Below are positions 27,179 through 35,868 of a DNA stretch of 35,868 nucleotides, piece after piece. The stretch spans positions 1 through 35,868 of the forward strand of contig JAHLWH010000032.1 in NCBI GenBank assembly GCA_019058015.1. The letters run 5' to 3'. Within the stretch, counting starts at the first letter, position 1. Each line of letters opens with the position of its first letter. Position numbers and translations under genes: made by a program. This DNA comes from Promethearchaeota archaeon. GTDB lineage: Archaea; Asgardarchaeota; Lokiarchaeia; Sigyniarchaeales; SOKP01. The notes beneath the pieces are model-generated. The model saw only the letters and a program-made list of their open reading frames with translations, was not told the origin of the DNA and searched no databases.

Positions 27179-28651
27179 ATGGAACTCTACAATTACATGG
27201 GATATGAATTAATCGAAAAGATAATAAATAAAGAAATTATAGTTAAAGATTTAATTCAATCAGCATTTGACAGAATTGAGACAACTGATAATCTTATTTA
27301 TTCCTTTATTAATTTATCAAAAGATAAAGCACTCAAAAAAGCAAAAGAATATGATATAAAAATACAAAAAGGTAAAAAAGTTGGAAATCTTTATGGATTA
27401 CCTTTAGCAAATAAAGATTTAATCTGCATAAAAGGTTTTCCTACTACTTGTTGTTCAAAAATATTGGAGGGATATCATCCTCCATACAATGCTTTCGTCA
27501 CTGAACGTCTAATAGAACAAGAGGGAGCAATTCATATTGGAAATACAAATATGGATGAATTTGCTATGGGAAGTTCTACAGAAAACAGCTGTTATGGACC
27601 TACATACAATCCATGGGATATTTCAAGAGTTCCTGGAGGATCAAGCGGTGGTTCTGCGGCTAGTATCGCATCAGGACAAGCAATATTAGCTCTAGGAAGT
27701 GATACAGGTGGAAGTATTCGATGTCCTGCTTCATTTTGTGGAGTTGTAGGATTAAAACCGACGTATGGAAGAGTCTCTAGGTATGGTTTAGTGGCATTTG
27801 CCAACTCATTAGACCAAATTGGAACAATAACTAAATGTGTATATGATACAGCATTATTACTTGAGATTATAGCTGGTAAAGATCCCCTAGATTCCACTTC
27901 AGTAAATATAAAAGTAGATAAATATACCGAAGAATTAAAAAAACCACTCGATAAAAAGATTTTAGGAGTACCCGAAGAATTTTTTGGAGAAGGGGTCAAT
28001 AATGAAGTAAAAAGCTCAGTAAAAAAATCAATTGAAAAATTGAAAAGTTTAGGAGCAACTACAGTAGAAGTGACAATTCCACATCTTGAATATACTGTTG
28101 CTACGTATTATTTACTATGTATGAGTGAAGCAAGCTCGAATTTAGCGAGATATGATGGATTAAGGTATGGAAAAATGAGTCAAAATTTAAAAGGTGATGT
28201 TTATGATGTTTTTAGCAGAACCAGAAATGAAGGTTTGGGAGCTGAAGTAAGAAGAAGAATCTTTTTAGGCACTTATGCTTTATCTGCTGGATACTATGAC
28301 ATGTATTATATTAAAGCTCTGAAAGTGAGAACTTTAATCAAAAATGATTTCCAAGAAGCCTATAAAAAATGTGATTTTATTGTTTGTCCAACAATGCCCT
28401 CAACAGCGTTTAAAATTGGAGAGAAAGTAGATGATCCATTACAAATGTACATGGATGATGTGCTAACATGTCCCGTTAACCTTGCTGGTTTACCTGCAAT
28501 AACAATACCTTGTGGGTTTGACAGTAATGATTTACCTATAGGTTTTCAAATTATTGGCAATTATTTTGACGAAAAGGGTATTCTTAACATCGGATATCAA
28601 TTAGAGCAAGAACTGAATATTTATCGAAAAACTGTGCCTGCAATAAAATGA
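27179..28651 (+). CDS. gatA: Asp/Glu-tRNA amidotransferase subunit A
   Basis: ANKD, TNMDEFAMGSSTE, PGGSSGGSAA, SDTGGSIRCPA, SSNLARYDG, GTYALSAGYYD. ATG 27179 preferred over TTG 27170. Confidence 0.96.
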   Translation: MELYNYMGYELIEKIINKEIIVKDLIQSAFDRIETTDNLIYSFINLSKDKALKKAKEYDIKIQKGKKVGNLYGLPLANKDLICIKGFPTTCCSKILEGYHPPYNAFVTERLIEQEGAIHIGNTNMDEFAMGSSTENSCYGPTYNPWDISRVPGGSSGGSAASIASGQAILALGSDTGGSIRCPASFCGVVGLKPTYGRVSRYGLVAFANSLDQIGTITKCVYDTALLLEIIAGKDPLDSTSVNIKVDKYTEELKKPLDKKILGVPEEFFGEGVNNEVKSSVKKSIEKLKSLGATTVEVTIPHLEYTVATYYLLCMSEASSNLARYDGLRYGKMSQNLKGDVYDVFSRTRNEGLGAEVRRRIFLGTYALSAGYYDMYYIKALKVRTLIKNDFQEAYKKCDFIVCPTMPSTAFKIGEKVDDPLQMYMDDVLTCPVNLAGLPAITIPCGFDSNDLPIGFQIIGNYFDEKGILNIGYQLEQELNIYRKTVPAIK

Positions 28652-28661
28652 GGTAAAAACC

Positions 28662-30137
28662 ATGCGTATCCAAAATAATGAAATAATAATTGGATTAGAA
28701 ATTCATATTCAATTAACAAACCTTAAAACTAAACTTTTTTGTAGCTGCAGTAATGATTATCGAGGTACAGAACCTAACACTCATGTTTGTCCTATTTGTA
28801 TTGGCTTACCAGGTTCACTTCCTGTTGTTAATAAAAAAGTAATCGAATTTGCTATTAGATTAGCATTAGCCTTAGATTGTAAAATCAATAATCAATTTTG
28901 GTTCTTTCGAAAGAATTATTTTTATCCGGATCTCCCTAAAGGATTCCAGATTAGCCAGTATAATAAAGCAGGGGGCAAAGCTTTTGCAGATGGGGGAAAA
29001 ATAACTATTAGATTAAATAATCATAAAAAAGATATAATCTTGAATAGAATTCATCTTGAAGAGGATCCTGCACGGTTAGTACATAAGGGAAGCATATCAA
29101 CTTCACCATTCACTTTAGTAGATTATAATCGTTCTGGTGTTTGTTTGATTGAAATTGTTTCTGAACCCGTCATTAGTTCTCCAGAAGAAGCTAGAGAATT
29201 TCTCAAACAATTAAAATCAATCGTTCAATATACAGGAATTTCAAATCTCGAGCTTGAAGGTTCAGTTAGAGTTGATGCAAATATTTCGATAAAGGGCTAT
29301 GATCGCAGTGAAGTTAAAAATATCAACAGTTTTAAAGAAGTTGAAAGAGCTTTAAGACACGAAATTATTAGGCAAAAAAACATACTTAAGAGAGGAAAAA
29401 AATTAATTCAGGAAACAAGGCATTGGGATGATAAAAGAAGGATCACAATTCCATTACGAACTAAGGAATTGGAGGAGGATTATCGCTATTTTCCTGAACA
29501 AGATTTAGTTCCAATAGAAATTAATAACGATTTTATTCAAAAAGTTAAAAGTGAATTACCAGAAATGCCAAATGAGAGATCAGTAAGGTTTCGAAAAGAA
29601 TATAGATTGACTGAATTTGACTCATATAATTTAGTTTTGGATAAAAATTTCGCTGATTTTTACGAAGAAGGAGTAAAATCTTACCCATCTTTTGGGTTTG
29701 AAGAATATAAATTATATTGTAATTGGTTAATGAATGACATTTCGAGATGGTTAAATAATAATAATAAGACAATAAAAGAAACCAAGATAACACCAAAGCA
29801 TCTTGTAGATTTAATAAATGCTATTAAAAATGGTAAAATAACTGGAAAAATAGCCAAATCTTTCATTCCAGATCTTATGGTGGGAGTTAATGTTAAAGCT
29901 TTAATTGAAAAAACAGGTAAGAAAAGAATTTCTGATAAAGAATATATTCTTAAAATTGCAAGAGAAGTAATTACAAATAATCCAGATATAATAAAAGATT
30001 TTAAAAAGAATCCACGAGCTTTAGAAGCCTTAATTGGAAAATGTATGAAAAAAACAAAGGGTCGATTAGACCCAGAATTAACTCGGGAAATCTTATTAGA
30101 CTTACTTTCTAATAAAATAAAAAAAATAGAAATATAA
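28662..30137 (+). CDS. gatB: Asp/Glu-tRNA amidotransferase subunit B
   Basis: IGLEIHIQL, TKLFC, RKNYFYPDLPKGFQISQ, HLEED, EVKNINSF, DYRYFPE, C-terminal YqeY-like domain. Confidence 0.96.
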   Translation: MRIQNNEIIIGLEIHIQLTNLKTKLFCSCSNDYRGTEPNTHVCPICIGLPGSLPVVNKKVIEFAIRLALALDCKINNQFWFFRKNYFYPDLPKGFQISQYNKAGGKAFADGGKITIRLNNHKKDIILNRIHLEEDPARLVHKGSISTSPFTLVDYNRSGVCLIEIVSEPVISSPEEAREFLKQLKSIVQYTGISNLELEGSVRVDANISIKGYDRSEVKNINSFKEVERALRHEIIRQKNILKRGKKLIQETRHWDDKRRITIPLRTKELEEDYRYFPEQDLVPIEINNDFIQKVKSELPEMPNERSVRFRKEYRLTEFDSYNLVLDKNFADFYEEGVKSYPSFGFEEYKLYCNWLMNDISRWLNNNNKTIKETKITPKHLVDLINAIKNGKITGKIAKSFIPDLMVGVNVKALIEKTGKKRISDKEYILKIAREVITNNPDIIKDFKKNPRALEALIGKCMKKTKGRLDPELTREILLDLLSNKIKKIEI

Positions 30138-30142
30138 TTTGA

Positions 30143-30493
30143 TCAACCAGCTAAAGCTTTCTTTGCGGCATCTAATTTTAATTTAATTATTCCAAGCTTA
30201 GCTTCAGTAGTTGCAATTACACAGATAATGTTCCCAGCTACTTCAGAAAATAAAAGTTTACCGTTTGTATTTTCTAATGTAGCACTAATAAATGAACCTT
30301 GCTCTAATTCTTTTGTAGCTCTTTGACCCACTTTAAGAATCAAATTAACCATGGCAGAGATTGCATCACTATCAATCCAGCCGGGAAGAGCTTCACCTAA
30401 AATTCCTGCAAATTTCTCAATTAAAACTGCTCCATGAACGCCTTTAATTTCTTTTAAGGATTCTAATATTCCTTGAATATTTTTCTCTCCCAT
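30143..30493 (-). CDS. Roadblock/LC7 (MglB-like) protein
   Basis: LKEIKGVHGAVLI...DSDAISAM...ELEQG...LENTNGKLL...AKLGII. ATG 30493 preferred. Confidence 0.85.
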   Translation of the reverse strand: MGEKNIQGILESLKEIKGVHGAVLIEKFAGILGEALPGWIDSDAISAMVNLILKVGQRATKELEQGSFISATLENTNGKLLFSEVAGNIICVIATTEAKLGIIKLKLDAAKKALAG

Positions 30494-30841
30494 AAAAATC
30501 ACATTATATTCTAAGTAAAATAGGATTTTTAAATTATATTTATAAATATGTTAATAAAATTTAATTAAATTTAAAACTATTTTAATTTAACGAAAATATC
30601 CGTATTTTTTACATGTTAATATTTTGAAATAAAATTTTTCCTAATCATTTTAAAAATTCTTAATTTAATTTCATAATTGGAAATAAGCAACTGGATTATG
30701 AAAAGGGAGAGAAAAATTTATAGATTTGCAAAAATCTTTTTTATATAGTTTCAATTTTTATTTATAGTAAAATTTTAAAATGAAAAATCAAATTCCTATT
30801 AAATTATAGTTTATTTATAAATCAAACTGATTAAATAGACC

Positions 30842-31987
30842 ATGGTTAATATAACATATCGTCATTATAATGAGGGAGACGAGAAGCAACTTGCACAGTT
30901 ATTTGTTGATGCGTTTCAAATGACAGGTCTTTTACGAATTGAAACAGAGAGAAACTGGCATTGGCGTTATCCTTCTGACCCAGATTTTGAACCTGAGATG
31001 ATTCAAATTGCTGAAGATGTAGAAAATGATAGACTCGTAGGCATGGTTATTGTTAATCGAGTTGAAAGGGTGCTTTTTAATAGTAATGAGTATTTAGTAG
31101 GTGATGTTAATGATGTTAGCACAGATCCTCGTTATACGCGCCGGGGGATTGCAAAAAAATTAATGGAGATGGCATTTGATTATATGCAATCAAGGGATTG
31201 TGATTACTCTCTCCTTACAGCAGATCCTAAAGGTTTTCCACGAGAAAAAATTTACTTAAAGATGGGATATGAAGATGTTGAACATGGGTACACGACCATC
31301 GGATTTCCATATTTTCTTAAGTTTATTAAAGATAGTCCACTTTTTTCCCCAGCACTTCCTCTGTTTGCTACATTAAATTATGGTTGGAGATTTTTAAATC
31401 GATTAAGAATTAAATTTGACTCATCCTTTAAAAATCTCTCATATGAAATCGTGCATAATAATAGACATTGGGAAGTTATGGATGTCATAAATCGAATACT
31501 TTCCAAAAATTATACCGGTTTTTATCCATATAATCGAAGGATATATCGATGGATGCGAATCAACGTACCCAATAAAGATTATGAACCAACTTATATTCTC
31601 ATCAAAAAAAATAGTGATATAATTGGAGGAGCAACTCTCACAAGTTCTCGATTGGTCTCAAAAAAACTAAAATTCAAGTTTGGATTCTCCCTTCTTCATG
31701 AAATTTATCTTGACAAAACATATTTCATGAATAAAAGGGATTTGCATTTTGGGTATTTATATTTAATTGATAAAATTCTTAAAGCAACTGTTCGACGGAA
31801 AGAAGGAGCTTTTTTATATCTAAGTGCAAAATCTGATGATGACTTAAGAAAAGCACTTACTAATATAGGACTCTTTCAACAGTGCATGGATGTTACTATG
31901 TTAAAGCCCATGAAAAATGGTTTATCAATCCCGAAATTTGAAAAACCTCTTTATTGTCCAACCTATTTATCAATGGGATTACCATAA
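30842..31987 (+). CDS. GNAT-family N-acetyltransferase
   Basis: Motif A VSTDPRYTRRGIAKKLM; YLKMGY. Confidence 0.85.
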   Translation: MVNITYRHYNEGDEKQLAQLFVDAFQMTGLLRIETERNWHWRYPSDPDFEPEMIQIAEDVENDRLVGMVIVNRVERVLFNSNEYLVGDVNDVSTDPRYTRRGIAKKLMEMAFDYMQSRDCDYSLLTADPKGFPREKIYLKMGYEDVEHGYTTIGFPYFLKFIKDSPLFSPALPLFATLNYGWRFLNRLRIKFDSSFKNLSYEIVHNNRHWEVMDVINRILSKNYTGFYPYNRRIYRWMRINVPNKDYEPTYILIKKNSDIIGGATLTSSRLVSKKLKFKFGFSLLHEIYLDKTYFMNKRDLHFGYLYLIDKILKATVRRKEGAFLYLSAKSDDDLRKALTNIGLFQQCMDVTMLKPMKNGLSIPKFEKPLYCPTYLSMGLP

Positions 31988-32035
31988 CTTTTTTTATATT
32001 TAATCTCAAATTATAAATAAAATTCCTTTATAGAA

Positions 32036-32203
32036 ATGAATTCTGAACTTTTTGGAGGTATTGCTAATGGAAATATTGCCCCAATAAAGGTTTTTATGGA
32101 AGGACATCTCAAAACAAAGGGAAATATGGCTGATTTACAGAAATTAGAAATATTTATTTTTCTGCTTAAAATAATGTTCAAATCTTTATTATGTTGTTAT
32201 TAA
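32036..32203 (+). pseudogene. C-terminal fragment of an SCP2 sterol/lipid-binding domain
   Basis: MNSELFGGIANGNIAPIKVFMEGHLKTKGNMADLQKL matches the SCP2 C-terminal G.LNP..AFM.GKLK..GDM....KL pattern; the N-terminal half is absent. Confidence 0.6.
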
Positions 32204-32549
32204 TTTTTTATGGAGATAATAGTGATATATGAGGATTTGCAAGAATCTGACTTTTTTCTTTTTTTCCTTATCCCAAATTCGTGAAGTAGATAATTTCATA
32301 AAGTTGACCCGCAATTTTTAAAAGAACCACCTGAAGGAAGATATAATGATAATCGAAAAAATTTGAAATATTTAGAATATTTTTAAAAAAAGAAATAACT
32401 AATTTAATAAATCATTCATTGGATTTCATTCTTAAATTTCTTCTAAGATCCATGAAAGTATAATTTCAAGAAGTTTTTTTTTTTTTAAGTTTGTTCTTTT
32501 CATGTTTGGTCATTTTTGAAATAATTAAAAAATTGAAGGAAAAAAAGAA

Positions 32550-32711
32550 ATGATCATATGCAAAACATTTTTTGGATATTTTAACAAAATAGAAGAGGAT
32601 GCTAACGAATTTCTTCAATCAGTAGAATTAAGTATTGAAGATGTGAAATTCACACGGTCAGAAGATAAAGACGGCGCGATTCATCTAACTCTGTTTTATC
32701 AGGTTAAATAA
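32550..32711 (+). CDS. Small protein (53 aa), Cse60/DUF2758-like pattern
   Basis: MIICKHFFGYFNKIEEDANEFLQSVELSIEDVKFTRSEDKDGAIHLTLFYQVK. GAAGGA upstream; followed by a terminator-like hairpin. Below the ORF-track cutoff. Confidence 0.55.
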   Translation: MIICKTFFGYFNKIEEDANEFLQSVELSIEDVKFTRSEDKDGAIHLTLFYQVK

Positions 32712-32752
32712 AAAAAAAAAATTAATCTCTTCGAGACTATTATTTTTTTTTA
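32710..32752. terminator. A-tract / TCTC-TTC-GAGA hairpin / T-tract
   Basis: Inverted repeat flanked by poly-A and poly-T directly after the small ORF. Confidence 0.5.
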
Positions 32753-33119
32753 TAATTAATAGCATAAATTCAGAATATTACAAAATATTTCTTGAGAAAT
32801 CACCCATCCCTAACTAAGTTAAAATTTTATTAAAAATTATTTTATAATTTTTTGTAATAATTATATTTAATTTAAACTAAACTTTTATGGACACAGTAAA
32901 TTTAGTTGAGATATTCAAGAATAATGTTAGGTTTTTTCGATATTTCTATTCAGAAAATAAATAGTAATAGTCAATTTAATACACATTTAATTTAGTCTTT
33001 AAGACATTTGTTTTTGTAATATCGATTTTTTCTTGTAATAACCTGAAATTTGAATATTGAAATTTCAACATCCTATTGAGAAAAAAAAAAAAACCAATAT
33101 CGATATTTTTGTCGATATA

Positions 33120-33130
33120 TTTATATAAAA
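33120..33130 (+). promoter_or_regulatory. TATA box of the repeat membrane protein gene (likely leaderless)
   Basis: TTTATATAAAA centred ~28 nt upstream of ATG 33153. Confidence 0.5.
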
Positions 33131-33152
33131 TTTAGACCAATTAGTATATGTT

Positions 33153-35576
33153 ATGTCTACTAAAAAATTAACAGCATCAATTATATTATTAGTAATTGGT
33201 GGTCTTTTAATACCAAGTGGATTTGTAATAAACGATTACCTTCGTAGTGAAGTCTCTAAAGGCGTTCCTACTGCTCTTTTGGGAATTCGGGAGGAAGTAA
33301 TTCCAGAAATTGAAGATAATATCAAGACTCAAGCAATTCCTGATGTTCTTTTGGGTATTCAAGATGCAGCAGTTCCAGAAATTGAAGACATGGTAAAAGT
33401 TCAAGCAATTCCTACTGTCCTTTTAGGAATTAAAGGGGAGGCCGTTCCAGAAATTGAAGACATGGTAAAGGTTCAAGCAATTCCTGAAGTTCTTTTAGGA
33501 GTTAAAGGGGAAGTAGTTTATCAATTTTATGCATCAGTTAATGCTTCGACTGCAGCTCAGATCATGAATTCAACCATAGATTTTCTATGGGCCTATAATT
33601 TTTTATTTGATTATACTAAAGCTAAAGAACATTACTTCAATAATTATACTATCCAAAAAAATACAACATGTCCCGTTATGGGTATTTCAGAATATGCTCA
33701 TTATATGGTAAGCCCATTACTAACTAACCTTAGCTATACACCCGCCGCTCAAGATTATTTATTATACGGCAACGCACTTTATGGTTTGCCAGGTTTAATA
33801 ACGGATCTTGAACAGGGTATGGGGATTTTACAATTTTTAGGGTATTATCAATTAGCAGCGGATGGAAATATGACAATAAATGCTGCAATGCAAGCGGGTT
33901 ATAATGCTACTTGGTCCCAACTCCAAATAATGGCAGGATATATAACTGGATATTTATGGGAGAATGTGGTTCCTGGAGTTGTTTATTCAATGACTAATTA
34001 TTTGCCTAATGAACTTGCAGAAGTTATGTTCTATGAGCAGTGGGCTAATTGTACGGTTGTTCCAGGTGGAATCGACTTAGGTGGTGGACTTAAGGGCTTA
34101 GAATTAAATTGTACAGAACCATCCAATCTCTCACTTACGACATCTGAAGCTCTCTGGAATTCGACAAATCCATCGTCCTTTGTCAATGATACTGGGATTC
34201 TGATATGGGCTGAAGCAGCATCTCCAAATGTTACCATTCAGATTCAATTAATGACAACTTTCAGTCTGGATCCAGCCAATTTTACCATAATTCTCACATG
34301 GTTATTTACCACAATTAAAGACAACGTTGTTCCACCTCTCTTTGAGGCTGATCGAGGAATCTCAGCAACAACTTTTGCAGAATATCTATTCTATGAACAA
34401 TGGGCAAATTGCACGATGAATGGTATGCCTGTCTATCCGACTGGGCTTGACTTAGGTGGAGGGCTCACAGGGTTAGAAGTGGGATGCCCAAGCCCATCTA
34501 ATATTTCGCTCACAATAACTATAGCTCTCTGGAATTCAACAGATTCTTCGGCATTCGTTAATGATTCTGGAATTGAGAAATGGCTTGATGCAGCTACAGA
34601 TACAACAATTCAGGCAGAGTTAATCTCAACTTTTGGATTGAATGCAACTGAATTAGGATTAGTTCTCAACTGGTTATGGGTTAAATCATTTAAAGATAAT
34701 GTCGTTCCACCTCTCTTTGAAGCTGGTCAAGGAATGTCAACAAATGCTTATGCTGGAATTCTCTTCTTTGAACAATGGGCTAATGGTACGGTTCTTCCAG
34801 ATGGATTACCTTTAGATAGTGGACTCACGGGTTTTGAAGTGGGTCTTCCAAGTCCATCCAATATTTCGCTTATGATAACTACAGCTCTCTTTGATGATGC
34901 AAATTCTTCTGCTTTTGTCAACGCAATTGGACTTGATAAGTGGGTTAAAGCGGAAGGAAATTATAGTTCTGATGAATATAGTGAATTAAAAACAACTTTT
35001 TCTTTAAGTGAGAGCCAATTGAATTTAACTCTTACCTGGTTATTTACCACATTTAAAGAAAATGTTGTCCCAGTTCTTGCTGCCGAAAATTTAGGAATGT
35101 CAATAGAAGATTATGCAGTAATCTTGTTCCTTTGACAGTTGTCTAATTGTTCACTTATCCCAGATGGAATTGAAATTCCGATAGGAAACGTTACACTAAC
35201 AGGTTTAGAAGTGGGTATTCCAACTCCAAGTAATATTTTGCTTTCGACAGCTCAGGATCTCTGGGATTCAACAAATACCTTAGCGTTAGTTAATGAGAAT
35301 GGACTTCAGAAATGGTATGCAGCGGCAGATCCGACCTCTGATGCTTACAGTGAATTAAAGGCAACTTTTGACTTGACTGATACCCAAATGGGAATGATCA
35401 CTAATTGGTTAGCGAATTTTAGAGATGAAATTGTCCCAACTCTCGCGAAAGAACAAATGGGATTACCAGCAGATCCATATACACTAGGTAGTGGGTTATT
35501 CCTTGGAATGGCTATAGGAGGAGGTTGCTTGGCAGCTCTCGGTGTAGTTGTATTAATATTATCTAGAAGAACATAA
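33153..35576 (+). CDS. Repeat-rich surface glycoprotein with N- and C-terminal TM helices; one gene interrupted by in-frame TGA at 35133-35135
   Basis: The two ORF-track ORFs are in the same frame and the repeat pattern runs across the stop (ILFL*QLSNCS vs ILFFEQWANGT). Many NxS/T sequons. Confidence 0.8.
33264..33515 (+). repeat. 3.5 x 72-bp (24-aa) coding tandem repeat
   Basis: VPTALLGIREEVIPEIEDNIKTQA / IPDVLLGIQDAAVPEIEDMVKVQA / IPTVLLGIKGEAVPEIEDMVKVQA / IPEVLLGVKGEV. Confidence 0.92.
34020..35470 (+). repeat. 4 x ~120-aa (~360-375 bp) coding repeat
   Basis: Recurrent F(Y/F)EQWAN(C/G)T...GL(T/K)G(L/F)E...PSN(I/L)SL...LW...FVN..G..W...EL.TTF.L...WL..F(K/R)(D/E)NVVP. Confidence 0.88.
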
Positions 35577-35868
35577 AGGAATCAGGGCTAATAATAATAT
35601 ATAATATAAAAATTAACTTTCTTTTTTTTTTTTATTTTTTTCATTGACAGATTTAATTATTTTTTGGATTTTCAACTTTTTTTCAAAAAGAAATATAAAG
35701 AATAATGTAAAATTATTAATTTTTAATTATCATCGATATTCGGGATTTTTAGAAATGTTCTTTCAGTAATTTTTAAAATTAGAAATAATCTTCTCAAATC
35801 AAATAAAGTATTTAATCATTCGAAAAATTTTCCGTATTTTCCTTTACCTTGTACAAATTCCTTTGAAC

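Noticed and set aside
27123-27179. 18-codon ORF overlapping the gatA start (TAATG) as gatC remnant or uORF
   Set aside because: No resemblance to the GatC C-terminus; such short ORFs are expected by chance.
7496-34237. Antisense or nested ORF-track entries (e.g. 7496, 8954, 10160, 12786, 14178, 17180, 18637, 19816, 20174, 22316, 23183, 25743, 27592, 29545, 29681, 33207, 34031)
   Set aside because: Shadow ORFs opposite well-supported genes, with no motifs of their own.
35133-35135. In-frame TGA as selenocysteine or programmed readthrough
   Set aside because: The aligned residue in the other repeats is Glu, not Cys. Observed CTTTGACAGTTG versus expected CTTGAACAGTGG looks like local base-calling error or mutation, as the conserved Trp is also lost. 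No SECIS recognised.
1-35868. tRNA/rRNA genes
   Set aside because: No GC-rich cloverleaf or rRNA-like segment seen; a covariance search (tRNAscan-SE/Infernal) was not run.

Overview
Very AT-rich archaeal chromosomal DNA, most consistent with an Asgard archaeon (Lokiarchaeia/Promethearchaeota-like). This is inferred from gene content: gyrA/gyrB, an MglA-type GTPase, roadblock, longin, LRR, TIR, a Vps29-like protein, PCI/winged-helix modules and archaeal AsnRS. The first ~6.5 kb is a decaying accessory region. It holds a leader and a 3-repeat CRISPR array with no cas genes in the window, a DDE transposase remnant, a truncated TIR gene, an intact PHP phosphoesterase, and broken LRR, SLOG-longin and G1PDH-like genes. 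The most striking feature is the second CRISPR 'spacer': it is 692 bp long and carries a complete 195-aa orphan gene bounded by an exact 22-bp direct repeat. Removing the 655-bp unit between the repeat copies restores a normal 37-bp spacer. From 7.4 to 14.4 kb there is a run of uncharacterised genes: a 1476-aa prenyltransferase-barrel/winged-helix/coiled-coil/2TM protein, an AbrB-ACT regulator, and CHAT and PLD folds that appear catalytically dead. The rest is mostly housekeeping: an N6-MTase, an MglA GTPase with an ATT start, Vps29/YfcE, gyrAB, folP with a cofE-family ligase, vapBC, asnS-gatA-gatB without gatC, roadblock, GNAT, and a repeat-rich two-TM surface glycoprotein. All domain calls are by eye; no database searches were run.
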